DNA from: Gnetum montanum
Taxonomy: Eukaryota; Plantae; Gnetophyta
Length of the DNA stretch: 64,000 bases
Reading direction: 5' to 3'
Assembly (NCBI GenBank): GCA_015680685.1
Contig: MNCI01000405.1
Span: 338,988-402,987 of the forward strand
This document shows, piece after piece, positions 33,950-47,260 of the stretch. The position numbers were made by a program, and so were the translations under genes. The notes beneath the pieces were generated by a model. That model was not told where the DNA came from. It ran no database searches and saw only the letters and a program-made list of their open reading frames with translations. Position 1 is the first letter of the stretch, and each line of letters starts with the position of its first letter.

Positions 33950-36900
33950 TCATAGGGGCAAGCAAGTAGGGGATGTGCAATTTTTTCCTAATCTTTGAAA
34001 GATTAGGAAAGGTATAGGGCCCCTGCTGTATGATTTTGTACTTCCTGTTTCCCTTGCTAACCACTTTATCAGGCTTCTTGACTTCATTCTTGATAGTAGA
34101 AGCTTCTTATTAAAACTTAACTTTTGACCCTTGCTTTACATAGACATTATTGACTGCTATGGAAATTGCATAATCATCATGAATAATTATTTCACCTCCC
34201 TCATAAGACAGGTGAATTTCTTGGTGGATGGGGGAGGAAACTTCTCATAATTGAGTTGGCCAAGGCCTCTCCAAGATGAGATTAAATCTTGGAATCTCTC
34301 CTACTGCTAAGAAGTTGGCTATTGTGGGGAATTGTTCCATTGCTACAAAGTTCAAGGAGATAGAACCTTTTACAACTCGAGGTTAATTAAAGGATTTAGG
34401 AGCAAAAGTAGAGGCATTTTCATGTGTTCTAATAGGCCTAAGCATTCCACAATGGTATAAGGTATAACATTGGTGGCCTCCCCATTATCAACGTGTACTT
34501 TGTGAACCTTATATTCTCCAACCCTTATAGTTATGAAAAGAGGGGCCTTCATTATCTCATCATCCTAGGGATTGGTTTTGACCTCGTTGTCACAAAACAC
34601 TAGTGTCATTGACTTCATTTCTTCCCTAGGTAAAGGTGATACCATCACAACATGGATAGACTCTTCACTAGTGAGGATGTCCTCATTGACAAGTATTGAA
34701 GTCAACAATTTTATTAGGGTCTCACGGTGAGTAGTAGAAGTTATTACTAGGTCATATAAACTTAAAGAGGTGTTTTTTTATTTTAAAGATAATTTGACAT
34801 GTTCCATGGCATTAAGGAAGTCTTTGTCATTGGTTGTTACATTCTCATTCTTGTTGATTTTGACTTCCTCCATGCACTCTAGGATGCAAACTTCATGTTT
34901 TAGTTATTGTGTTTTAGCCTCTTTCCTCTTCCATTATGGCTTGTGGTCCTTCCTTGGTTGACTTGTTGAAGAAACTTGATCATTGGAACTCATATGAATG
35001 GAAAAAATGGGGGTGTGCTTCAGTGGTCCCACCTCCTTTCATGCCTTAGCTTGCTTGTTATCTTTCACTTTAGGCTTTGACATAGCCTTCTAGCATTGTT
35101 TGGTTAGTGATTTCTTATTGTTGTTGGGGTGCAAACAAGTCATTATGTTGGCCACCATGGGAGAACATTATTTGGTTGTAGTTTTGGCTGCAACGGGATG
35201 GGGCACTCTAATCATGAAAGGTTCCTTGGGATGCATCAGTGATGGTATCCTTACAACAAAAGAAGTCCTTGAACTACATGAATCATGAATGGCTCCCATG
35301 TAGGTCTTGGATTGTTGCTTACATTGAATTCCTCTATTTTGTATAGGCTATTATTCACATTCAATGGATCTTTGTAGACCTACATTATCTATTTTTCTGG
35401 CCTAACTAAGTTAGATGCATCAAGCACTAGCTTTTCATTGTTTATCATCTTTTGTAGGTCATCCTTTAAGGCTAAGAAGAAGTTGGTATCATGACTTGGA
35501 AACTATGGATAGTGGCAGAAATGGTCAAGTTTGAAATACTTAGGTAGAAGTGGATCAGCCTTGGTTTCTAGAGTGCAATCCTTTGTAATGTCGCATAATT
35601 AACCATGCCTCTTATGGGCCTTCTCAGTTATTTACTTATGTTGGATTTGACCAATTTTAAGTAATTGGTCAAGGAGTTCAAATGGTTTCAAGGGACATTT
35701 GGTATATTTTGGCACCCCATGTTGATGGTTGGTTGTTTGTGGTAGGGACCCTAGCTTGGTTTGTTTTTGGCCCTTGCATGGTTTTGTTATCTTTGGCTAC
35801 AACTACATGGTTTTGTTTTCCTCTCTCCTTGTCCTTTCTTGTATGTTGATTCTTGTATGCTACATAGGTGGGGTCAGGATTGGCCTTAGCAGCATCTTCT
35901 ATGTTCTTAGTCTACTAGAAGGCTTGACTAAGTAATTGCAGCTCTAGGTAATAAAGTTTAAACTTAATAAAGTCATTGACCACCCCCTTAAATATGGCCA
36001 GAAGGTGGATTTTGACTATAGGTTCAAGAATCTTATTTAGTAGAGCATTTTCTTGATCTTTTGATATGTCAAAACATTAAGAAAAATGGAGAATATATGT
36101 TGTTGTGGAGTTTGTTGCTTTTTCATGGCATGAAGGAGTAAAGTGGAGATCATAAGGACTTGTCAGACATGAATGAAGACTCAAAGAATGAAAGCTACAA
36201 TGAGATGTCAAAGTGAAGTCTGCAAGGACTTAAGAGGGGGCAAAGACAAAGATGAAGACTATAACAAAATGAAGAAGTTCCCAAGATCATGGATGAGCCA
36301 AATCAATGAAAGGAAGCCTCAAGAGGCAAAGCCCAAAAATTGAGAAGACGCATACAAGCAAAAGACCTCTTGGTTGAGACAAAGATGAAGCATTAAAGAT
36401 GTTTAGCAAATATAGTAAACATCTACTATCTAGAGATGACATCTACTTGTAGACATCTCCATTTTGAGAAAGATGTCTACCCATAATGTAAGTCTGATGT
36501 AGAGAGGCATCCCAATCTTAAAGAAGACATCTCCAATGATTGTTAAATATTCATTGCATGAATTCCAAGGTAATTTCAGAAACATCAAGGCTATTAGAAG
36601 ACTTCATTCTCTTGGGGAATGTGCAATTGTTGGATGCAAGAAAGTATCAATATCAAGCAATCATTGTGCATATCATTCTATTGTATTTATGTACCTCATT
36701 GAACTATCTTTTGTACTATTGTAAGAGATCTATTATGTTGTACCTCAAAGTGCAAGGACTCGCAAATTAGTTGCATCCTTTCCTTGTAATTATTGCTTCT
36801 CTTTTGTTTTCCTATGGGGTTGATGTGCTTCTTGCAAGTAGGCATCATCCTTGAGGTTGTTAGGATCCTACGGGATTGAGTGTTGGTGTAGTGCCACAAT

Positions 36901-38260
36901 ACTCTAGAGTGGAGCTTAAGTTGTAAAGGTTGGGATCTTGGAAACCACATACTAAGCTTTTTAGAACCTTGTGGGTTTGAGTGGATTCGTGGTGTCGAGT
37001 CACTTTAGAGTGGAGCCTAGAGTTATACAAGGTGTGATACACTTCAAACCACTTTTTGAGAGGAACAAAGTCTAGAGGGGTGCAAGAGATCTACCTAGAC
37101 TACCTAGGTTGCAAAACCACATTAAAATTGGTTGGGTTCTTTGTGGCCAAAAATTTTAATTTGGGAAACTTATTCATTCCACCCTTCTAAGTTCAAAAAT
37201 CCTCACATTCCACCTTTGGATAAACTTTAGAATAGGTTCAAGAGGCCCCTATCTGATTTTCATGAGTTGGTCTAGGGTGGTATATGGTTTCAAGTTGTAC
37301 TTGAAATAGTTCACAAATTGTGAAATCAAGTCTTCAAGTAAGGCTATAAAACCTTGGAGTAACACGTAGTACCAGTCGAAGGCCTTACCATTAAGAGACA
37401 TAGGGAAGATTCTCATTATGGTATGAGGCCAAGCCTATAGCAATAGGCAGTCAAAATAGAAGATGTTGAGGTGAGTGTTAGGATCACCTTTTCCATTATA
37501 CTTGGTGAATTATGGTATATAAATGCCTAGGGGAAGAGTGATCTAAGGGAATTTTGGACTAATAGGATCATTCTAATAAAAGTTCATTATCTTTACCATA
37601 TGTGTAGTTGAGACTTTAAGTTTTTGTAACTCTTTTGTAAGATCTTGAATCATATGAAAGTCCTGATCCAAGCCTTGAGGCACTCCGATGGGTTGTGGGG
37701 TTTGAATGAATGGTTGTGGAGTAAGTTGAGAGGCATATGACCTTGTGATGGGCTATGGCAAAGATAGAAGGGGTTGGGTTATCATGGTTGTAGGGGGGCC
37801 AAATAGTTAAAATGATGTTGGACTGGGTAGTTAAGGAACAGAAGGAAAAAGTGACGTGTGAGATGCCTGAGTTGCCTTGGATTCCATTGAGATGCCCATT
37901 AGGATGGAGAAGGGGTGAGTTGTGATAAACACCATAGGTAATGGTTGTGTAGATTAAGGCTACATGGAAAAAACAATGGAGGAGAAAAGTGAGGCGAATT
38001 GAGGCATAGGTTGTGCCAAGTGGATTTCTATGATGCGTGTTGACCCTAACATAGTAGGGTAGCCTATAGGAGAGGAGGGTTGAGGGGCCTGCCCCATGGA
38101 TGAGGTAGGGGAGGCTAAACTAGGTACAACGATTTGGGGTGCCAATTGCTAGAAAACTCTTCAAATGAAATTATCATGTTTAGATTCAGCTTCAAATTCA
38201 TCCTATTCCTCATGTTAGCACTCTGAATTAGCCTTCTCACTTAGTTTATCCATCTTAATG
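33950..38260 (-). mobile_element. Ogre-like gag-protease (degenerate), interrupted by a solo LTR; long leader extends to ~42000
   Basis: gag core: FTKYNGKGDPNTHL...FPMSLNGKAFDWYY. Knuckle: FCHYP..PSHDTNFFLALKDDLQKMI. Also SLYDLVITSTTHRETLIKLL. Protease: PLFITIRVGEYKVHKVHVDNGEATNVIP and FNLILERPW. Confidence 0.88.
36054..37207 (+). mobile_element. SIRE/Copia-like solo LTR inserted in the Ogre gag
   Basis: 5' TGATCTTTTGATATGTCAAAAC and 3' ATTCATTCCACCCTTCTAAG...CTCACA. The gag frame (FIQRW/NALLNKILEP) rejoins when it is removed. TSD is degenerate. Confidence 0.68.
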
Positions 38261-41200
38261 AGTTAGGCTAGTATGTGTATGTGTATTTCAATCAATGGAA
38301 TTTATTAATAAGGAAAAGAAATGTGTTCTTTCCCATTCCTATGAATTAGCTCAAACTCATGCTTAGACTCAAATTTCACACATGGCATGAGTAGGCCAAC
38401 CTAGATCTTGGCACATATGAAGTTATAATAATTTTCATCTATGACAACAAAGTCTAGGCTTTTTCCCCTCTATCTGAGTGATTGTCTAAGCTCAACCATA
38501 GTTGGATCCTTTGGGTAATAGACTCTCACGGCATCTTGATTGATGGCCATGTCAATCAAGTTGATGGGCAGTACATTTGATTTATTGAAAGACATTGACA
38601 AGAATTTAATTTGGGTTCGAACTCAAAATTCCAACACGTAGAATTACCTAATGTGTAAATAGTTGTGGTTGTAAAAATTCTTGGAATTGCAACTACACGT
38701 CAATGCAAATGGTAGGTACACTGTAATGGGAAAAGATGTATTGGTTCTGGTTGTAGGAAAATAACTATGCTAGCTTCTCTAGTAAGAAATATGCTAAGGA
38801 GTTGGCAAAAATCAATTGATTTTCCTAGCCCAAATACTCTGGGTATACTTTCCCCTTGGAAAAGTACGTTGGCTTTATTGGTGATAGGAAATGTATTGGT
38901 TTTCCCAAAGATATGCTGGGAAATTTGTGAAAAGTATGCTAATTTTATGGGAGTAAGAGTGTTGGTTTTGCCAAGAAAAGTACACTAGTTTTAAAAACTA
39001 CGTTGGACTTGTAGTGAAGCCCAACAAAAAATATATTGTGGTTGCAAGTGGATGGTGGCTAGAAAAGATACACTAGCCTTTGGAAAATCCAAGACAAAGT
39101 TTTAACAACCAAATATTCCAAGTTTCCTAAGAAAAAACACTAGCCTCCAAAAGTCCAACAACTATTGTAAATTTCACAACAACACCCAAACTAACTACAA
39201 TAACTACGTTGGGTATTAGTTGCAAAAGGATGTATAGCAACGTTGGTTTCTTGGAAAGTTTTGATGTGGATTTTAAAAGTTTAGAATTATGAAACCTGGC
39301 TTTGAAAAGGGAAGATTGAATTAGGTGAAGAACTTGGGTGGAGGTCCTCCTTCTAGCAACAGAAACTATTGCACTAGAAAAATTCAATGCTAGAAAATAG
39401 AAGATCTCCAATGAAAATAGTTTGACCTTGGATCCCAAGGGCCTACAAGAAAGAGGGTCTAAGGCACCTTGAACAATCTTGTCAATCACCCAGGAACTTT
39501 GGAAGTGTAAATAGTGTAATTAAATTAAATGAAAATGTAGATCTAATCTAAGACAAAGAAAAAGAATTAACTTGAAATGAACTTGCACAAATAAATGAAT
39601 TATAAATTTTATTGAAATAATGAAAATATTGCAAGAACAGAGTTTAAATATGTACAAGTGTGTGCCTAAATGCACAAGGGGTAGCTCGAATGACATTTGA
39701 AGTCTGGTGAAACTAGAAGATTGTGTCCTATAGTTGGTTGCACAATCCAGGTACTTCCAAGCTTTAACTTTTGAAATTCCTTGTTGGTTCTCAGATGTGG
39801 ATCTATTGTGTTGGTTGTAAAATGATGGGTAATTGCATGGATTTTTGATGCTATGCAATTGCTTTGAAAGTCTCTAATGCTTAGCCAATTTCCAAATTAC
39901 CAAAAAGTCCCTGTAACATATTCAAATTTGGTTTAAATAGGTTGTTGGTATCTAATTTGGTGCTACGAAATTTTTTCCATGCTTGTTGATAGACTATTGT
40001 AATTTGCAAGTGTTTTAGGCCATTATTTCCAATGTATTTTTTCACTTATGATAAGTTTGATGCAGCAAGGCCATTAAAAATATGCTAAGTACTATAAAAA
40101 GTAAACTAGCTTTGAAAACCATGTTGGCCTTGGAAAGATACATTGGCTTCACAAAAACTACATTGGCCTTGTTGTAAAAATGAAAGCCCAACAATTCCTA
40201 CACTAACTACAAGTGGTTCCAACATATTTTTGGCTTTCGTAAACATAAAACCCATGAAAAACCTAAATTTGGCAATTCCCAAGGCATATTCAGCCATCAC
40301 AAGCCTATATACATACTTAATATAGCATTTTCCACTTGGAAAGTGAGGCAATAAAAACTTATGAGGCATTTTTTAGCCTCAACAAGCTAAAGTATGCAAG
40401 ATGGTAGCCTTTGAACTACAAACCTCAATGAAAACTTACCTCAAGTTGAATGGTGAAGGTTATGAATTACAACATGAGTTTTCTTGCTGGTATTTCAAAT
40501 TGCTACAAGTGTCATTGCAAAGAGATGTACAATTCCAAGCTAGCTTAAGCCAACACATGTCGTAAGCATAACACATCCAAAACAAATATAACATGACCAC
40601 ATACATCCATACCTAATAGTCACATTCATTCCATGAATGCAATACTACGACTTGATAAAACAAAATTATGCACAACAAGTATACTTTTGAACTTCATATA
40701 ATTTCTCAAAAATGACTACTATTCTAACCTCCAAAATAATATATATCCAAAAAGAAAACCAATCTCATGATTAGAAAGTATTTCTTAAAATAATCCCAAT
40801 GACACTAATTTCACCTAAATCAAACTCTTGAAAGCAAAGTTATGTGCATTTAAAATTTAATTAATAAAATAATAAATAATAATATTTAACCACAGCCCAT
40901 GATAATAGAAACTCTCATGTGATAATAGGCCCATAAAATATAATATTCTGATCATGCTAGTCTCATCAATATCATACCTAACATTCCAAAGTCCACATCG
41001 TGTCATACAATGCATATTTATTAATAAATAATCCATAACCAAAATTGTGAAATTTTAGGAAATCTACAAAACAATACATCCAAAAATAATCTTTTAACTA
41101 CCTACCCCACATGCCCACCTCGCATGATCATATATACTAATTCAACACAAACATATAGGGAAAAGGTAAATACAATTAACTAATTAAAATAATTGTAGCA

Positions 41201-42038
41201 GAAAGTCCAAAACAAGCATAAAATCCTAAAAAATCTAGCAAAACTCCATTTTTCTCTAAATAAGTTTTGCACCCACGTAAATATGACCACAGAAATCCTA
41301 AATCCAAGTCCAAAGTAAGAAAAATCTATCCATAATGCTAAAATTTTGGAAAAAAAATTTGGAAAAATGAAAAAAAAATTAAAAACACAAAAGAACAAAC
41401 TCTAAATTAGTTTCTATTTTTTCCAAAATAGAAAATTCAAAATCCAATTTCTCATGACACATGATGCAAGAGGCAATGGTAAGCACAAAAGAAAGATAGT
41501 AGTGTTTCTTTTTTTTAACATAAAGTATAATGCATACAATTATAATTCAAAGTCATTTTGCCTAATACACACCACATTCCAGGTAAGACTGATTTGTTTA
41601 GTTTTTGAATTGTTTATCTATTTTTTTAAAGGAAATATTATCATAAGTCTATTTTTTTTCTTCCTAACTAATACCCTACACTTCAAACATGCATAACAAA
41701 CACACCAAGACTCTAAATCAAAATCCATTTGAACAAAGACTCTACACAACCATATGCTACAATTTAAATGTATAAATATCGAAATCATACATAAAACATA
41801 AATACATATCAAATAGGTGTTCTTATACCCTAATCCAACTTCCTTACTAGTACTATCACATGTCTAATACATCACATAGGGCAAGTATACATAATTATGT
41901 TAGTTAAACATGTAAAGGCATCGTAATTATAACATAAGGATGAAAGCCTCATAACCTATAAAATGCAATCATAATAAGCTAACTTGCCCCTAATAACCCA
42001 CTGAGGCCAAACATGTAATGTATAAATCATAATTGTGC

Positions 42039-43460
42039 TATCATACCCAATATTTCTAGAAGGGATGTAAAAAAAATTTTAGGCAACAAAATTTTCAAAG
42101 TTTTTCTAACTTTAGGAGGTAACGTTGATGTTGCATCAATGTTAACATTGGTGCAAATTGACAACTTTTTGCATTTTCTAGAATCAAAGATTAGACTTGC
42201 TATTTTCGAACTCGATGATAAGTTACACTTAACTCAAAGTTCAATTTTAGAAACTCTAAGTTAAATTTGGCAACTCTAGATCTATAAATAAAAGCACAAA
42301 ACACAAGTTTAGGGTTTGATCTTTTAAGATTTGAAAGCACATTTTAGATTTTGAAAGATTAAGAGCACGAGCACCTATCATCATCATAGCACCTACATGC
42401 TCATCGACCACCTTCAATACCTTCTACATCTTCAATGATAACTTCTAAAGATAGATTTTTTAGGCTTCCATGCCACTTTCTAGAGTTTGAACTTTTTTCA
42501 ACTCTAGCATCAATGTTGAAAACCTTGGCCAAAATAGCCTCATTTTGGCTTGAAATTGACTCCGAATCATGTCTATAGCTTTTCCATCTATCACCTAAAC
42601 CTTCAAAGGTTTAATTCCATCCTTTGAATATATATTTTGCTCAATATTTGAGCTTCTTTTATTAGTTTTATCACACTTACGTTTTTCTCCCATCATTTGT
42701 AGTTTAGGCCTCCCTAGGAAGTGAACATTTTGCAATTCATTAATAAGCATTTTGTTATTTGAGAAAGGATATGGGACCTTTCTCCCATATCGAAGCATCT
42801 CACTTTCATTATTTTATGCTTGTTTACTCACATTATATACTTGGAATTTTTATATCTCTTACATCATATTCTATACTTAGTCAAATTTTTTAATATTTTA
42901 CACTTAGTTGTTTTTCCACATAAAAATTTCATTTTTGAGGAAGGTATTTGAGATCCTTTTCTCGATAGAATAATATTAATATTTCAACATTTTATATTCT
43001 TTTATATATGTTTTATACTTATTTTTATTCAATCTCTCACATTTCATTCTAGACTTAGTCAAATTTTCAGCATTTTTATACTTCATCATTTTTTAGCTTA
43101 TAAACTCCATCATTTGGGGAGGGAACCAAGAACCTTCCTTTTATGTTATAAGTACTGTAATTTAATTTTTTATTCTCTTTATCTATATTTTACACCTTAT
43201 TTTTATTCCATCGTTCATAGCTTATAATACACGGGTTATTTTTTGATAATCCATACTTTGTCAAGTTTTTTTAGTGATTTTACACTTGGTCATTTTTAGC
43301 ATTAAAACTTTTACTTTTTTATCGTCATTTTTAGTAATTTAAAACTTCAATTTTCATCATCCCCTACCATTCTTGGTTTATGTGTGGTAGGATAAGTCCA
43401 TATTTTATTAGAGAATTCGTGCCCCTTTGTTTCATAATCATTGATTTATCAAGGATTACA
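42039..43460 (+). mobile_element. Probable Gypsy LTR fragment with ~180-bp internal degenerate repeats
   Basis: Starts T(A)TCATACCC (Ogre-like), has TATA ctataaata at ~42283 and ends GGATTACA. About three T-rich repeats at 42750-43330. No TSD found. Confidence 0.4.
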
Positions 43461-43559
43461 TCAATTTGAAGACCATTTACAACTACATGCTAAATAGCTC
43501 AACACTTAGTTCATGGAGGTATTCATGTAGAGGTGTAAAGAACAATTTTGTAATAACAA

Positions 43560-46200
43560 TGTTAACTCATGACACCTAATCTTCTAAATTAGCAAAAAAA
43601 ATTTCTTTTGTGAGTTCATTATGAAAATGTTTCAAATTATAAATATTTCAATATATAATGCTTTTAACTATAGATAATGTAATAAATGTAAGACATATGA
43701 CTTCTTTTCATGCTATATCAATAGTGGCCTTATCTAGAATCATTCCTTTAGATATATGAATAGTTATGGTCCATGCTAATTACAATGGTAGTTAATGTGA
43801 TGCTTTTTGAACTAAGATATAATCAATACATGATATGGATTATGATTGTCAAATGGACCTCTAATGTAAGAGTTGAACCAACAACAACATAAGATGACAG
43901 TGTAGATGGTTATTTCTCGTAACTATAAGATAATATTGTGAATTGTGCCAAGTGCACCATTCACAAATCTTGCATCTAGTTAAAGGATAATTGTAAGCCT
44001 TACTCATGTGTCTTCACATATAAGTGAAGATTGCTTGATATCATCTTCTTTATCATATGAAATTTTGAACCATAGGAATCTTTATATGCAACACATACAA
44101 TAATGAGTCTATGCATTTTCAACAACATCTTGTTGCTATGTGACCATACTTTATCCTTTGGATTATACAAATTCATAGAGTCTTCAAAGCCATCTAATTG
44201 ATTAGAAGTTGATGGAAGATTAATTAAGGCATCCAAGAATTGATAGTCTTCATTAAGGCTTTTTTTCCCCTCTAACATACATTAAAAAAATTCTCTGAAT
44301 CTCTGTTGTTTTGAATCATTTCTAGATCGATGATACATTGCATCTAACATAATGAATGTATTGAAGGATTGCCAAACTTGTGTAATATCTAGATCTTTGA
44401 ATGCATAGGGCATGACATCAAGCATAGGAGGATGCTAAATCAAGTCTTCTATGAATATAATTGATCTTTCTTCAAAAAAAATTTGTTATGATACTCGAAA
44501 AATAGTTCTCTTAATATTTTATTAATAATTTATAATAATTTTCCATCTAAAAAACTCTTTTTATCAATGATTATATATCTCATTCAGGAAACTCAATGTT
44601 ATTTATTTATTTTATAAGAAGTAGACATATTTTGTAAAAACTTATTCTAATTTGAGCATTGGAATGAATGATAGTGACATTAATGTTATATGCAACAACT
44701 CCTATGAGTACCATGACAAGTAAAACATTATATTTAAGATGACAATACTTCATAAAAGCATTGTGAATTGCATCCATTAGAAAATACTTTCTTGTATTAG
44801 CTATTCCTTGACAATCATTCATAAAGGAGCAAAATCCTCTTCTATTGTCCAAAAAAATAACATGTAACCTATGATTTTATTGTAGCATTTCTTTTGCTTA
44901 GCCTATAGCTTATCATTATTGTAGTCACCATAGTTATGGTTTGGGATAATTATAGATTAAGATATTTATTGTTGGTGACAATGGCTATGATGAACTTTGC
45001 AATATTCTCTCCTAAATACTAGAACGTTCAATCATACATCCTATGAACATTTCATAGCTAAGCATCTTCAATTATGTTCTTTGTACACAACTTGATGATA
45101 ACAAATGATGATAGAGTATTTCAAAGTTGTACTCTTCATGATCTTACACCTATCGAGTTACCTCTATGAACTATCGTTCTTCTTCCAATGCTCATTGAAA
45201 ATCGTTTTTAGTATTATTCTTGGATCATTCATACATATGTCAAATAGAGAGCCACTCGGTTTCAATATTTTCATCATTACAACCAAGATTACACATCATA
45301 TCTATAAAAGGATAATACAATAAAAACATAACCTAGTATTTTTTTAATCCATCATTTCTTCCATTGTTGAGCTAAGATAATATCTCATAACCTTTCATTT
45401 TGAGTGATATGAAATCTAGGTAAGGTTCTCAATGTTCTTCATGTTACGATCCTACTTTATAAAATCTTGTAGTGATGATATCATATGATTAAGTATCTTT
45501 ATATTTAAATTGTCCATCCGCTACATATGTAAATTGTAATATGGGATTGATTCTTGTAATTAACATTTCCTCAACCTTAATTAATTGGCCAAAATAGGTG
45601 TTTGGGATCTTGAATGCATCTTATTTCTATACAAAATCACTTGACCTTCTAATCAAAACTATCAAGAATATTCTTTGCTCTTTCTTTTTGACATTTGTTG
45701 CATATTAACTCTTTAGTTCTTGTTTAATCTTGTGATATGCTAAGATATATTTTATTATAGACATTGTAAAATTAAGAGTCAGCAAATTTCATTACTACAA
45801 TATTAAAATTTTGAATTGCCTAAACAATTTACGTAGGTGTCTTTTGTAGATTTAGGAAAGAGTGAATTACTTTTGAAGAATGTCCTTCCGTTGGCATAGT
45901 ACCATCAAAAGGTTTGTGCACTCAATGAAATGATTCTTTCTCACATTGTCATTGCCTTCTTTAGTGTTGACTCTTACAATATTGTGCCCTTTGATGATCT
46001 TATCACAATTATTCAAATTTAAGTTTGGTAAATCAATGAGCTTAGATACTAAAATAGCACGTTTGGAGTAGATATAAGGTATATTGCATTACTTCACATG
46101 TCTAAAATTATATTCTATCCTTTGTGGTCATTGATTCTGGATTTATATTTTCTATGATCCATGGTTGTCCTCATCATTTTTCTTACCCATGCTCATGCCC
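43560..46200 (-). mobile_element. Group-2 Helitron (Helitron2/Helentron-like) remnant: DUF6570-like N-terminus plus PIF1 helicase
   Basis: N-terminus: LIKVEEMLITRINPILQFTYVADGQFKY (~45490-45590). Helicase: QGIANTRKYFL (decayed Walker A), GVVAYNINVTIIHS, FEERSIIFIEDL..HPPMLD, LPL*LAWTITIHISKGMILDKATIDI. Confidence 0.82.
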
Positions 46201-46249
46201 AAGCCCATTCCCACATCAACTAGTATGACTCCTACCATTTAACTTTGAA

Positions 46250-47260
46250 ACTTTTTTTCCTATCCAAATTTAAATTTTCCTGCCAAAGTATCTTTGCATC
46301 CAAGTTTAAATTTTTAATTTATTTTTCCCGACCAAATATAAATTTTTTCACCAAAGTATCTTTCCATCCAAGTTTTAATTTTTCTACCCAAATTTGAATT
46401 TTCATGCTAAAATATCTTCTTATCTAAGTTGAAATTTTCTCACCTGAATGTCCACAATTATTGTTAACATCATTTTGCATCCACTCTCCTTTCATACAAA
46501 TTTCACCCAAATTTAAATTTTCCTAATTAAATTTTCTTGTCTAAATTTTAATTTTTCTAGCCAAGTCTTCATAAATTAGTGTGGACATTTTCCTACCACT
46601 CTCATTTCATACAAAGTTTGTTGAAATTTCAATTTTCTTACCCAAATGTCTTTCATCCAAATTTGAATTTTCTTGCTTAAGTATTGGCAAATTAGTGTAG
46701 ACATCCTTTCATCACTCTCATTTTATACAAATTTCACCAAAATATAAATTTTCCTACCTAAGTATTAAGAAATTAGTGTTGATATCCTCCCACCACTCTC
46801 CTTTCATATATATTTGTTCAAATTTAAATTTTCCAGCCCAAATATGAATTTTCTCACCAAGTTACAAATTACTGAAGATATTCTTTCACTAGTCTTCTTC
46901 CATATAGATTTCACCCAAATTTAAATTTTCTTATTCAAATGTCTTTTTCTCAAATTTAACTTTTCTTGCATAAGTGTTCACAAATTAGCATGGACATCCT
47001 CTCACCATCTTCATTACATACTAATTTTGTCCAAATGTAAGTTTTATCATCCATGAATCCTGTAAATTAGTGTGTATGTTCTCTCATCACTCTCCTTCCA
47101 TATAGATTTTTTTCGTAAATTTTAAATTTTTCATCACCCAAAATTGAATTCTCAATTCAAGCTATCTATGAATTCATGTGGATATCTTTCCATTGCTCTA
47201 TTTGCCCAAATTTAAATTTTCCTATCAAATGTCTTCCATTAAATTTAATTTTCCCCTATA
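46250..47260. repeat. Degenerate ~110-120-bp tandem array rich in CCCAAATTTAAATTTTC, next to the Helitron 5' region
   Basis: Recurrent caaatttraattttc and ccactctcctttcatacaaat motifs, about 7-8 units. Confidence 0.75.

Noticed and set aside
41990-42020. PBS and LTR junction of the minus-strand Ogre-like element (ttaca-tg-tttggcctcagtggg)
   Set aside because: Only a weak match to Arg-type PBS sequences, and no matching second LTR was found.
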